From the NCBI GenBank assembly GCA_049999805.1, contig JBNGIO010006164.1, forward strand, positions 89,769 to 141,938: a DNA stretch of 52,170 nt, written 5' to 3'. The notes under the pieces are model-generated. The model made no database searches, was not told where the DNA came from, and saw only the letters and a list, made by a program, of their open reading frames with translations. A program made the position numbers and the translations under genes. Position 1 is the first letter of the stretch, and every line of letters starts with the position of its first letter. This document shows, piece after piece, positions 1-12,207 of this stretch. The DNA comes from Folioceros fuciformis. Lineage: Eukaryota.

Positions 1-1
1 G

Positions 2-928
2 CACATCCTGCTGATCCCGGGCTACCTCAGCCTCGGAAACATATATGAGAAGCCAGTCCCCGGCCACATCCGAGCCCGCCCGGCCGCCATCCCCGAGCTC
101 TGCCAGCTGCTGCACCAAGTCCCGGATCTGCTTCCTGACCCTAGCCCCCGGCCGCTCTGCGGGCCTTAGGGCCATGTCCCCGAGCGACTCCACCAGATTA
201 ACCACATCCGCCTTGATTGCGATCCGCTGCAGCTCTCGCCTCACCAGCTCCGCCTTTGCAGCCGCCTCCAGACTTAGAGCCTCCGCGGCAGCTTCCCTAC
301 CGCGCTCACCGTCCCGCTGCCTTCTCCGCATCTCGAAAGCCATGGGAATGGCCACCAGGGGCGTGAACACGAACCATCTCTCCCCGAGCGCCACCAGCGC
401 CGAGAGTTCGTAGGCTGCGAACTGCTCGGCCGCGGCGGCTCCTGCCTCCACAAGACCCTCGGCCGTCTGGAAGAAATGGAAGGGGTTGAAGTCCAGCACC
501 GAATTGGCCAAGTTCCGCAGGCGCCCAAACGCCTCCCGCCTCCATTCCTCTTGCAGCTCCTGGTCACCGCTGATGAACGCCTTCAGGTCCTTTTCAAGGA
601 GCTCGGGACTCACCACCGTCTGGCCGCTCACCACCGTGGTGAACACCTTGTCCACCACCTTGAGCACAGAGTTTCCGCTCCCCGTCGACATCACCACCTC
701 CGCCTGCCGGTACGGCATCGGGATCGGCCCCGCCTCCGCCGTTCCGCACGGGCAGGCTACAAGGTAGGCAGCCAGCGCCGCGCTCGCCATCGCCTTGCGC
801 GACATAGCAGGCAGAAACGAGAGCGCGGCCGGTGCCGGCCGGGCAGGCGCCGGGGAGGCTGCCGCGTCGACGGCCTCTCCCCTGACACTGCAATGCGGCG
901 GCGCCAAGCACCGGGCCGCCATCGCCAT
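2..928 (-). CDS. Partial CDS (runs off window start) of a plastid-targeted PAP/fibrillin-domain-like protein
   Basis: Manual translation from ATG at 928 is open to the window edge, so it is absent from the ORF track. Ala/Pro-rich transit-peptide-like start (MAMAARCLAPPHCSVRG), a hydrophobic stretch, then IKADVVNLVESLG...RKQIRDLVQQLAEL...VAGDWLLIYVSE, resembling the start of a PAP_fibrillin domain (GxWxLxY). Confidence 0.55.
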   Translation of the reverse strand, partial: MAMAARCLAPPHCSVRGEAVDAAASPAPARPAPAALSFLPAMSRKAMASAALAAYLVACPCGTAEAGPIPMPYRQAEVVMSTGSGNSVLKVVDKVFTTVVSGQTVVSPELLEKDLKAFISGDQELQEEWRREAFGRLRNLANSVLDFNPFHFFQTAEGLVEAGAAAAEQFAAYELSALVALGERWFVFTPLVAIPMAFEMRRRQRDGERGREAAAEALSLEAAAKAELVRRELQRIAIKADVVNLVESLGDMALRPAERPGARVRKQIRDLVQQLAELGDGGRAGSDVAGDWLLIYVSEAEVARDQQDV

Positions 929-1927
929 GATTCCTCGTCACAATTCGCTGCTGCTGTTGCTTCTCCCTCCTTGTTGGGGTCGCGTCGCCAGGTCCGTAAA
1001 GGACGCTCGTCGCACGACCAACCAACCCCGCCATCATCACCCCAAGCAAGCCAGGCCACGAAAACGCGTCCCAGCAACGTGGTGATCAACGGACCGCCAG
1101 CTCTTTACCGGCAATTAGCCGGTCGGCACTGTCACCTCGTACCGGTCTCGGTAGAATTGTCGACGCACCGTCTCCCAGCCGCTGTGCAGTGTGAACCCAC
1201 TCTTTTGAACCTGATCACATTTTCATAAGTGGTTGCAAGTGATCTTTCAAGAGTAAACTACACTGGAGTTTAAGTTACTGTAGGAAAACAATACCCTAAT
1301 ATATGAAATCATATTATATGACGTGATTTCATCTATTCTTATAATGAATGTCTTTGCATGTACAACTTATATCTCTTTGATCAAACTCTATTGAGAGTTT
1401 ACTAAATGTGGTGTCTCGTGTATGGCATTACACAAAAATTCCACATAGTTTAGGCTTTCATTGCATTGTAATAACTTGATAAATTTTCCATAAGTACCAA
1501 AGTAGTACATAATGATAAATAGGTTGAAAATTTTCAACCAAATTTGAATGGACTAAGAGATCATCTACGTCTCGAAAGCATTACAATGATTAGGGTTTAG
1601 GGTAATGTAGCTTGTGCCATTTGATTTTTATTTGCAGTTTATTGGAATAAAGTCTTACTGGTAGACATAATGAAGAGGATCAGGATAGGTTATTTTCCAT
1701 CTCCCTCATAAGAAGACCTATTTGAAATGAAATACAAAAGAGGGCAAGTCTTTGTGCCCTTTGCTATTACAATGTATGGGACCATAGGGCAAAGCCTTTT
1801 CTAAATTTCTTAAGGCATGTGTAAGAGTACTATATCTAAAGAATTCAGAGGGATTGGCATGCATGGATTGTGTCCATTGGGACGTCCTCTAACAAGGTAG
1901 TACCATATTTGGAGGGGTGGGATTGAC

Positions 1928-2172
1928 AGCCAATCCCTCTCCTCTTGCAGGCATTGTAGCCAATCCTTAGCAGCCAATCCTTCTTCCTCTAATCCCTCTT
2001 CCTCTTGCATACATAGTAGCCAATCCCTCTTCCTCTTGCATGCATTGTAGCCAATTTGATCCCTCCAATCCCTCTTCCTCTTGCATGCATTGTAGCCAAT
2101 TCAATCCCTCCAATCCCTCTTCCTCTTGCATGCATTGTAGCCAATCATTCTTCCTCTTACATGCATTGTAGC
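1928..2172. repeat. Imperfect tandem repeat, about 6 copies of a 31-45 bp unit (AGCCAAT...CCCTCTTCCTCTTGCATGCATTGT)
   Basis: Repeated unit directly visible. It produces the spurious repetitive ORFs 1810..2010 and 1967..2179. Confidence 0.85.
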
Positions 2173-2786
2173 TGTTCACCTTTAGGATGGTCCTCTATTA
2201 GATAGAGACCAAGGCTATGTATAGAATGATAATAAGTGCAATGCATAAGATATCTTAGCTTCGGCACTCACTTGGTGACTATACTCACATTGGTGTTCTC
2301 AGGGTTGGTTAAGTGCGCAATGCCTCAAAAATTTGATTTGGTGTTCTTAGATGAATTCATCCCTTCATAACCATGCAGAGTGCAGCAGCCCCTTGGGCGA
2401 GTAACACCAACCTTCCTTTCCAACACAAAGGGAAGAGGAACTGTACTTACCGCTCTGCGATCAGATCTACTTTCCACAAGTAGATATGTTTGGAATACCC
2501 CTGGTGCAACCAAGGGGTAGGCTCAGCGTCAGGCAGCATACAGAAGAGTTACAAACACAGGGACGACGCGAATTCATCTTATGAAAGGACTCCAAAGAGC
2601 AAAACCCAAAATACTTCACATAAGATATCACGCTTCAAATACTCAGGTGCCACTGTTTTAACCTCGACGGAGCTGCTGCTAAGTTCGCAATAACTAAGTT
2701 CTCAACTGAGACACTATATAGAAGACCTACTGCAGCCAAGAAGCGCGGGCCTCAGCAAGCGGAAAAATTTGCTAACGTACAGCCGT

Positions 2787-4323
2787 TTAAAGGAGATCGG
2801 CCACATTGTTAGGCAACTCCTCAATTACAGTGTTGTAGAACCTCTGGATGTCCTGCAACATCCGCTCGTCCTCCTTTGTGACAAAATTGATGGCCACTCC
2901 TTTCCTTCCAAACCGACCACTGCGGCCAATACGGTGGAGGTAGTTCTCCGGCTGTGTCGGCAGATCATAGTTGATCACCAGCGACACCTGCTGCACATCA
3001 ATGCCCCGGGCCAGCAGGTCTGTGGTGATGAGCACACGGGATGAGCCTGAGCGAAATTCCCTCATTATGATGTCCCGGGTGTTCTGGTCCATGTCTCCGT
3101 GGGTGGCAGACACTGTGTGGTCACGCGCCCTCATCTTGTCCGTCAGCCAGTCCACTTTCCTCCTCGTGTTGATAAATATGACACTCTGAGTGATGGCCAG
3201 AGTCTCGTACAGGTCACACAAGGTGTCCAACTTCCACTCCTCCCTATCAACATTGACATAAAACTGCTTGATACCCTCGAGAGTAAGCTCGTCCCTTTTC
3301 ACAAGGATCTTCACAGGCTTGTTCATAAACTTCCTGGTGATCTCAAGGGCTTCCGGTGGCATGGTTGCCGAGAACACTCCGACCTGGAGCTTCTGCGGAA
3401 GGAGCTGGAAGATGTCGTAAATCTGCCACCCAGCACAGTCGAGAGCATCAGAAGAGATCCCCAAGCCGCGTTTCAAACGCCATACAGACAAAAACCCACA
3501 AGGCACAGATCCACTTACCTGATCCTTAAACCCACGAGACAGCATCTCGTCGGCCTCGTCCAGCACGAAGCACTTGATGGAGTCGGGGCGAAGGGCGTGG
3601 CGCCTGAGCATGTCGTAGACACGCCCTGGCGTTCCCACCACCACATGAACACCACTTTGGAGGATACGCTGATCCTCGCGAACGCTGGTGCCTCCCACAC
3701 AGGCATGCACTTTCACGGAGAGGTAGTCCCCCAGGGCACGCATCACTTTCTCAATCTGCTGCGCAAGCTCACGGGTAGGCGCAAGCACCAAGGCCTGACA
3801 TTCCAGCAAACTGTACTCCAGCTGCTGCAAAATTCCGGAGCAGAAGGTGGCAGTCTTTCCAGTTCCAGACTGTGCCTGCTGAATGACATCAAGACCCTTG
3901 CAAAAGGGCACAATTCCGCGTTGTTGGATCGCTGAGGGCTTCTCAAAACCTGAGACAGACGGAAGTTGAGTTAATCACGCGACGTTCGAGGGAGCCCACC
4001 GTCAACTCCAAAACGATGCGCTGTGGAACGCTGAACATACCGTAGGCGTAAATTCCCCTCAGCAAATTCTCATGGAGACCCATGGCATCAAAGGTCTCGT
4101 GAACCTCATCCCAGGTAGATATGAAGTCATCTCCTTCCTGGTTCAAGCTGCAACAGAGGAGAAGGCCGCCGAAAGGTCACATCCACAGCTTAAACGACGG
4201 AAGCCACAACAGAGAAAGGCAAAACACTCGAGGAAGGTCCAATTCGAAAGCTTACATTGAGTCCATACGGGCGTCATACTGGCGCGCATCAAAAGCGGAA
4301 CCCTCGGGTGCCAAACCAGCCAT
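2787..4323 (-). CDS. eIF4A: Eukaryotic translation initiation factor 4A (DEAD-box helicase); coding exons 4323-4256, 4147-4041, 3949-3519, 3422-2787
   Basis: Plant eIF4A N-terminus [17 protein letters not shown]; motifs [21 protein letters not shown] and HRIGRSGR; C-terminus [14 protein letters not shown] introns join in phase; intron 3423-3518 is 96 nt and in frame. Confidence 0.97.
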
Positions 4324-5282
4324 TCTCTGCAAAGCAGCACACAGATCAGCCGCCTAGGGCAACATGGGAAGCAAAATCCTTCACAACCGACTGCTGCAAG
4401 CAAGATACAATCAGGAGGATGCAAGGCACTGCTTGCAGCGGCGGATCTAGCAACCCTTTCACACTAGCAAAGCAGCAAACGAAGCAAGAAAGGGATAGAG
4501 GAAGGCATCTGGGCAGCCAAGGGAAAAGAGGCCTCAACAGCATAGGCAAGAACAAGAGCGGTGAGAGGGATCCGATCCGACAGCACAGCAAGCGCGGCGT
4601 GCGCACAGCACCAGCTGGGCCTCAGAAGCAGACACTGTGATGAGAGGAAAGCAGCGGCACAGACACCAAAACAGAACAGCAACACACCTGTACGCGGAAG
4701 GGTGCACGAGGAGGGGGTTCGCAGGGGCGAGCAAGGTCGACGTTGGCGGCGCTCAAAGGAAAACCCAGCAGCTGCCCCGTAGAGCAGTCTGTGTGAAAGT
4801 TCAGAGACAGAAAAGAAGGCGTATTTGTATGTAGATATAAGCTAGGGCTTTGGTTCTCGGCTCTCGTGACCTAAAATGGCTTCCCCCAGGCCTCCCGCCC
4901 AAATTTTTCCATCTTGGGGGCCTCGGCACCAGCCTCCACGAGCCATTGTGACCCTCGTCGAGAGACTGCCGAACCCAACGTCCGGGATTAGGGCTGTCCA
5001 CCCACAGCAAGATATTTGTCAGGGTTCCACCTGGAGAAAAAAAATATTGACATATACCGACCGACAATCTAGTACGTTCGAGGTCGAGTAGGTTCCACGT
5101 TGGACTGAGCAGGTTACGATCAGGGCTCTTTGCAAGCAAATTAGGCGACTACCCATCTAAGGTGAAGATGGAGGGCGGCGTTCTTTCTCTAAGGACGCAC
5201 CGTTCTTCCCACACTCTAGAAAAGCCACAGATTTTCATCAGGCACTTTCCACATAGGTATCCAGTTCCCACACTGCTTGTCT

Positions 5283-8123
5283 TTAAGGCCTCCATTTCTG
5301 CTTCTGACCCGTCAACAACTTGTCCCTGCCGTAAGGTCCGCTCTCCGTGTCCCACAGGCGAGTCTTCCACTTCACAGACTGTGCTATTACTTCCACTTGC
5401 TCTGCCACAAGCTTGGATTCACGGATGAGGACCCAGCCGCCGGGTCGCAAAATCCGGTCCATTTCCACCACAATGTGTGCGACGTTACACCTGTTCCAGA
5501 GTTCTAACATCAGTGCTCAATATCTGGAGCAACGCTGAGCATGCCATGGCAAGACAGCCTACCTCTTCTGCTCGCTGGAAAAAAGTCCCACAGCGTGCAT
5601 CAAGTCATAAGTTCGAGGGTAGGTGTCAAATGGTTCGCACCTGCAACTTCGAGTGTCAGACGAAACTTTCAAACGTATATAACATGCAAAAGTTAGAAAG
5701 CGTAGCATTTGAGTAACCACTGACCAGTCATGTGCGACACCGATCAGGCCACGGTCGTAGATGATCGGCAAGGTGTTGGGCCCACTGATTGGTACCACGT
5801 TCATTACCCACCAATCAACCTTTTGATTGATGAGGGCTGCGGCAAATCTGGTGGAATCATGCAAAACCAGTTAAAACCACCTACATCACGAGAAAGGCAC
5901 AGCTTCAGGCTGACAAGAAATAGCTAACACCGAACTTCTACACATACCCTCCATATCCGGCATTCATGTCCATCACGTTTCTCACTCTGTCCTTCTTTAT
6001 GCCGAGGCCACGCAAGTAGCCTTCTACAATAGCGTGCCAGTATCGCTGGTCAGCCGAAAACACCTCCTGCCTTGCTTCGCTGGCATCCATGGGAACCATT
6101 AGTAATCTATCAGGAGCATGTGACAACCTCGCTGGCCAGTCGGTCACATTTTGCCCCCAGGTATTGCTGGAGACTAAAGTAACACATGCCTTCAATGGGT
6201 AATACCTGAGGTTACAAACGGAGAGTCAGAAACTTGAACGGCAGGCAAACATCAATGGTCAAGACGTCACGACTTATCACCCAAAACAATCGCCAGACGC
6301 AAATTTACCATACGAGGTTTGGATCTTCTTCTGAACTGCAAATAGGAGGAGTTGCATTGACCCTCTGCTCAATACAAACATTATCTTGAGGCTTGCGCCA
6401 GATTGCTAAGTAATGTTGCTTTGCTACAAGCGTCCAGCAAATCGATTGAGCTAGACTGGACATATCTGCAGTTCTCGATATCCGTACAGATTGTCGTTAG
6501 GTATTTGAGTACGAATCCAGCAGAGAAAAAGGCAAGAAACACTCATGCACGAAGAAGGACATTTGTCCAAGTCAAACTAAACAGAGCAGGATGCACGCAT
6601 GACATGTGTGGTTCCATAAAACCCACATACCCTCCCAAGCTTTTTGAAGTTCTTCTCCTTGTTTATAAACAGGGCGAGAAGCCCATGCAAAGTAGCCTCC
6701 GGGCCTGAGAAGCCGATCTACCTCAAGCAACAAAATCCCTCCTGAACGCAAGATCCACAGCACGACCAGATGAGTTAATTGCAAAACGTAAAAGCCTGAA
6801 CCGAAACGAATCTGGGAAGCTCTCACAAGGCTCCTACACTTGAAAGAACCTTTTGGTCAGTCAGTAGCGGAAGAACGAGTGTTATAAGGGGACTGACCAC
6901 AACATTCCAATACCAAAATCACTTCAATCGACTGTCATGATGCTTCAGACAATACCATCACGGGTCCAATCAATTCGGCACCGTGAACAGTGGATGAGCT
7001 CAAATGCGTGGCTTGGGTACGGCAAGCGGTGAGTTGCCAAGACTCCCAGCATAGCTGGAATGCCACGCTCCAGCGCAAACTGTATCTGATTCTCATGGAC
7101 GTCCTTGGGAGCAATAGACATTGTCACTACATTACGGGAGAGAAGGTATCCACCCCAACTTGCAACTCCGCAACCTACGTCCAACGCCACTCGAGTCCGG
7201 ATACCGAATGCAAGATCAGGGACCATCTGCAGGAATCAGGGAAAAACAACCGATTAGCTGAAACGGTATACCATGCAATGACCAAACTGCAGTACGAGTC
7301 GCGGCTAGAACGTACATTAGCCATTTCATCCAGATACTCATCAGCACCATGCGCAAACTGAGTTCCACCACCAGGAAACACAAATTTCTCTCTGTCGATT
7401 GCGATCCAGTTTTGACCTCCTTTATCAGCTACCAAGCGCGCATGGGGCACGTTACTGAACAATACCTGCGGGCCAGTCGCTATGAGCAGCATGAAGGTGC
7501 CGTGAAAAACCATGGCACAAGACCCACCCCCAAAAAAAAAGCGGGGAAAAAGATCCACAGCAAACCTGATCTCTGCTCCGAGGCCAAGGGATCGGAGTCT
7601 TCCAGGCCTCGGGTGCTGCAATTAGACAGCACATTCGAGAAAGTTTGGACAAGGGGCAGTGCCGTTCATAGCGCTCCCCTCGTGCTGTAGAAGGAAGACT
7701 AGCAATAGCTTCGGCGTTGTCAAGACAAGGAACATACTCCTTCCACTTGGAAGGACATGTATCAAACTTGTAGTGCCTTGCCTTCGGCCTCGAATTCTTT
7801 GGTGGGGCATCAGAAACCAGGCTGGAAGATTCCTCCTCCACGAAATCCTCCAACGCCTCCACGCTGTTAGCCAAAAACTGGTCATCGATGCCACCATCCA
7901 GCTTCAGGAGGCCGACGAAGACATGGGAGCCGGAAGGCGAAATGTGCGGCCCTGTTCCCCTGAGGTCCACCGCTCGCAGCAAGATGTGGTAGTGTTTGGG
8001 AGCTACATGTGTCCGAATTGAGCTGCTGGCTATGGAAGACCGCCTGGCGACATACACGCACAGACAACCGAGCAAGAAGAACAAAACAAGGCCGTGGCGC
8101 AGAATCTCTCCGCTGGACTTCAT
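5283..8123 (-). CDS. PMT-family (DUF248/Methyltransf_29) SAM-dependent methyltransferase, type II membrane protein, multi-exon
   Basis: N-terminal TM helix followed by [94 protein letters not shown] and [10 protein letters not shown], spread over GT-AG-bounded exons. Confidence 0.93.
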
Positions 8124-8425
8124 CTTGAGTCTCCTCTCATATCGGGACGATGCGATTGCACATTCGACTCCCCTGCACGTTGCCGCTCGCACCGGCACCC
8201 CGTTCAGCCTAAACCCGGCGAAAGAAGGCCCAAGCTGTCGAATTGGAAACGCTATGTAAACGGGTTCGGGAGTTTTTTAAACCCGAAGCCAGGGGGAAAG
8301 AAGAAGGGAGAAACCCTTTAGTTCTGTCTTCTCTGTTAGGCTTTTTGGTCGCGTCGCGGCGTCTGCTCCCTCAGCTTCTTTGGCTTTTGCCTGGAGCGCT
8401 TGCAAGTACCAAGCACGCAGCAGCG

Positions 8426-8812
8426 ATGGCTATGGAGGCAGTGAACCCGAAGGCTTACCCGATGGCGGACGGGCAGCTCACCAGGGCCATCTACGACGTG
8501 GTACAACAAGCGGCTAATTACAAGCAGCTGAAGAAAGGAGCGAACGAGGCGACCAAGACTTTGAACCGCGGCACCGCAGAGATCGTGGTGATGGCGGCCG
8601 ACACGGAGCCACTGGAGATTCTATTGCACCTGCCGCTGCTGGCCGAGGACAAGAACGTGCCTTACGTGTTCGTGCCGTCGAAGCAGGCGCTCGGTCGGGC
8701 TTGCGGCGTCTCTAGGCCCGTCATTGCCTGTTCCGTCACCACTAACGAAGGCAGCCAGTTGAAGTCTCAAGTGCAGGGTCTCAAGGACGCCATCGAGAAG
8801 CTGCTCATCTGA
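8426..8812 (+). CDS. SNU13: SNU13/NHP2L1 (15.5K) L7Ae-family box C/D snoRNP and U4 snRNP protein, intronless, 128 aa
   Basis: [10 protein letters not shown]...[16 protein letters not shown]...[46 protein letters not shown]...IEKLLI. The ORF track's upstream extension from 8243 is probably UTR or promoter. Confidence 0.96.
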   Translation: MAMEAVNPKAYPMADGQLTRAIYDVVQQAANYKQLKKGANEATKTLNRGTAEIVVMAADTEPLEILLHLPLLAEDKNVPYVFVPSKQALGRACGVSRPVIACSVTTNEGSQLKSQVQGLKDAIEKLLI

Positions 8813-9657
8813 TTGTTTTTGTTTTGAGTGAGCCAGCCAGCCTCAGGCTAGTCTGCCAGGCCAAGTTTTGTTGCTGTCTTGTTTGCTCGCTCTTGGCAGA
8901 CGGACAGGCGGAGTTGAGTTTGCAGGCATCACTGATGAGATGGTCATGTGGTTGGACGAGGAGGATAGGATGGATGGTTTTGGTTTCCTCTTGTGACTCG
9001 TTCATTCAGCCCGATATCATGACTGTTGAGGTAGGCAGCGGCAGCGGCGCTTAGATCCTCTGCTTTCAGCTTCCTTGGTTGCTGCTACTGCCAGCTTGCC
9101 CTCAGAGAGAGGGACGGAGGGATGGTCACGACACTTTTCTTATTGTAGCTCAAGATGTAGTTCTTCTATAGTTGTAGTTCTGCTATAGTTGTAGTTCGGA
9201 TTGCTTTTCTTCGTGAATGGGGCCTCGTGGTTGAGGAGGCCTCTGTTTGCCCTGCGAATCGTGTTCCTCTCCGACTTCATAAGTAAAATCGGCCATCCGG
9301 TCCTTTGTTCTTCCTTTGTTTTTGAATGTGTTGCACGTTCTGTGACGGTCGGTCGAGGAAGCATTAGGATATGATTCAGCGTTGCAACGGCGGCGTTGTC
9401 TTTTAGCTAGGAAGGGAATCAAACGCGCGTCACAAGGATCTCACACGAGCGGGGGAAGGTACTCTGGGTTGCACTCTTCCCGACAAAGCCACGCGCGTAC
9501 TTGATATTACATACAAATGATGCGAACGGACCGTCATCTTCTAAAAATTGGGTAGGCAGTTGCAAGACCTAACCAGCCTCGAATGTCATAGGTAATCAAT
9601 GGCAAGGGTCATTCATTTCTAACCCCTGCGGTATACGTACAGATGTCAAAGATCGTC

Positions 9658-11246
9658 CTAGAGGATCAAGAGCAGAATTACCACGAAGACTACAAGTACG
9701 CCTAATATCTTTAAGATCAACCACCGATTCGAACTTATTGAATTGAAATACTTCAGCAAGGCTCCCTGCGCCCCTTCCACATTTGCCAACGTCTCATCCA
9801 TGTTCTCGTCAATTCTGCAGACATACGGACACGAGAGCTTGTCAGCCAGCAGGAAGTGGAACCAAACAGGTCTACACTTCAGGGCAAAGATCCAGAAAAC
9901 ATCCAACTGACCCACACGAAGGTGGCAGCATGGAAGAATCGAAGGTCTGAGCAATTGGCAGAGACCTGATTGCCATTTCCCCTTGTTCCGCAACCATGGT
10001 TGCTAATTGTGTAAAGATGTTGCTGAGTTCGTGGATGGTCGACTCCACATTCTGAAGAGCCTCGGCCCTATTTTGCATGTAGCTATCCTGAGCCACTGCC
10101 AACTGCTGTTGCTGCAATTGCCCTTGCGACGCCCTTGGGGATGAAGTGGCCTCAACTGTAGGCCGCCGTCTGATTAAGCTACAGAAATCAGATCCACACA
10201 CTAAGCAACCCTACCTACTACCATTCTGCAACTCAGTGAAGGGAACACTTATCACGAAAGAGAGGAGCTGTCAAAACGTTACCTTGATGCAGTAATCTCT
10301 TTGGCATTGAAAAGTCGAGGACCCGATGCTGTACCATTTTCCCAAGGGGCAGGAGAGGCACTACTTGAGCTGGCCATGCCATTTGCAAGACCAAGAGGCT
10401 TCTGGCGGGCGAAGGGATTCCCACCAGCTTGTGAAGATGTCGCAGAAAACAACTGCCGCCTGTTCTCATGCACTTTCAGATTCTGCAGTTCTCAACAGAA
10501 CATCCAGACGTTACTAATCGGTACACCGCTATGCATGCCTCCCTCCCTGCACCTCTGTTTTGCTTCCAAGCTTTTAGAAATCGAAGGCTAACCTCTGTCC
10601 TCATGGTAAGAACATCCTTGAACTCCTTAGTTGTGCTCATCAATTTGCTTTTCAAAGAATCAACTACTGTGGTCGAATGCTCCGAACCTTGTCTAGATTG
10701 ACTCCCAGAATCATTCCTGCTATCACACAACTCTTGCAAATCGGAAATTGCAGCGTTTAGGGCAGTGATGTCCTGCTTGATCACAGCTGTGAGCTCTTGA
10801 ATCTCCGTAGCAGGGTCGTCGAACATAGAAGTCCTTTTTGCCACTGCAAGTTACTGCAAGGACAGTCAGCGACAAACTATGCTAAACGTCCCCGTAGAGC
10901 ACCTATCCAGGAAGGAACACGCGTTTCTAGACTCAAGCTGCAGCAAGAGGCATCCGGAACTCCACTTACGCTTGGCTAGCTTGGACAGCTTCACCGAGGT
11001 CTGATGGATGCTCAAACCAATCCGTGACGCCTTCGCGCTGAATTCGGACTGCATTGACGACGAAGCCTGCGGTCCCCCCAAGAGGGGAGCCGAAGCTTCT
11101 GTGGAACCATTGGACGAGTAGTGGTAAGAATTGGTTGCAGATCCGGAGGGGGCCTGATTTTTCCTTAATATATCGGCCACAGAATGTAGTTCAGCTGTTC
11201 GGTCCCTGTAAGAGGAGAGCGGCGCGGAGCTTAAGGAAACCGGCAT
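9658..11246 (-). CDS. SYP3: SYP3-class (Sed5/syntaxin-5-like) Golgi Qa-SNARE; exons 11246-10970, 10843-10593, 10482-10283, 10178-9966, 9814-9658
   Basis: RDRTAE N-peptide, KLSKLAKLAKRTSMFDDPATEIQELTAVIKQDI, SNARE motif RAEALQNVESTIHELSNIFTQLATMVAEQGEMAIRIDENMDETL, and a C-terminal TM helix. Confidence 0.94.
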
Positions 11247-12207
11247 CCTCGAGATCTACACTGGCTCCAACCCCTGCTGCGGTAAACACTCCGCCGCCTC
11301 CGCCTGCTCCTCCTCCTCGCCCGAGTTGCCTATTCAAAAGAAGTTAGGAGCGGGTGTGCAAAGAAGAGCACTTGATGAACCACAAAAACAGGGGATTGGC
11401 CACGGTCCTCCACGCATCCACCAAACCTAGCTACCAAGGCATCAAGCCTGCATCACGCGCTCTTTCCTGCAGCAAAACCGATGGGAAGCAGCAGATCGGA
11501 AGTAGCACAGAAGGCTGAAGGCGCATGCAGTGTCAGCCGACAAGCGCTACATGTAGAGATAGCTGGCGCGCCACCGCACAGCGAGAATTGTGATATTCAC
11601 CGAACACGGCAGCTGCTGGCTGCTCCGAGGGCTGATAGGAATCCACTTCCTCTACCCCAAATGGCTGCAGCAAATGCATCAAACTCTTCTTTAACGATGT
11701 CAGGTCTACGTCGCGCCGTGCCTCATGCTCCAGGGAGAAGAGCGGTAGCAGCGGACCAGTGTGGAAACATTGAATAACCGGGGACGCCAGCAGGTGCCCA
11801 GCGCATCACGCGTACAGTGGTAGGTAGATGCGACGCAAAATCCTTTACAAGACACCCTAAACCAAAACAAACAGGGGTTTAACGTTTCGCGGAGATACGA
11901 CCTCCATATTATTTTAACATAGATAAGCACGTTCCATTGTAGCGGGTTCTTTGCCCGAGTCTCGTAAGTGGGAAGTGCTGTATTCCATCCAAGTGAGTGA
12001 TCACTCTACACGCTATGGGCATCCACATGCGAGCTGTGTATGTATGTCCATATGCCTGGCCATAACCATAGCCATAGCCTGGGCCTGTGCCTGGGTCCCC
12101 TGGACATGCTACCATACATAGGAAGCAGGTCCATTGCACGATCCAATGTCAGTGATGTCCCTCAGCGTTTTTCGTGAGCCTCATCTTCCGACAGCGCTCC
12201 CTGGACG

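Noticed and set aside
1810-2179. Repetitive peptides (WLQCMQEEEGLEG)n
   Set aside because: Translation of the minisatellite; the frame shifts between units.
4328-4685. Possible intronic box C/D snoRNAs in the eIF4A and DRE2 5' UTR introns (GTGATGA at about 4637 and 51667)
   Set aside because: The box C-like motifs are antisense to the host genes, and I found no paired box D or terminal stem.
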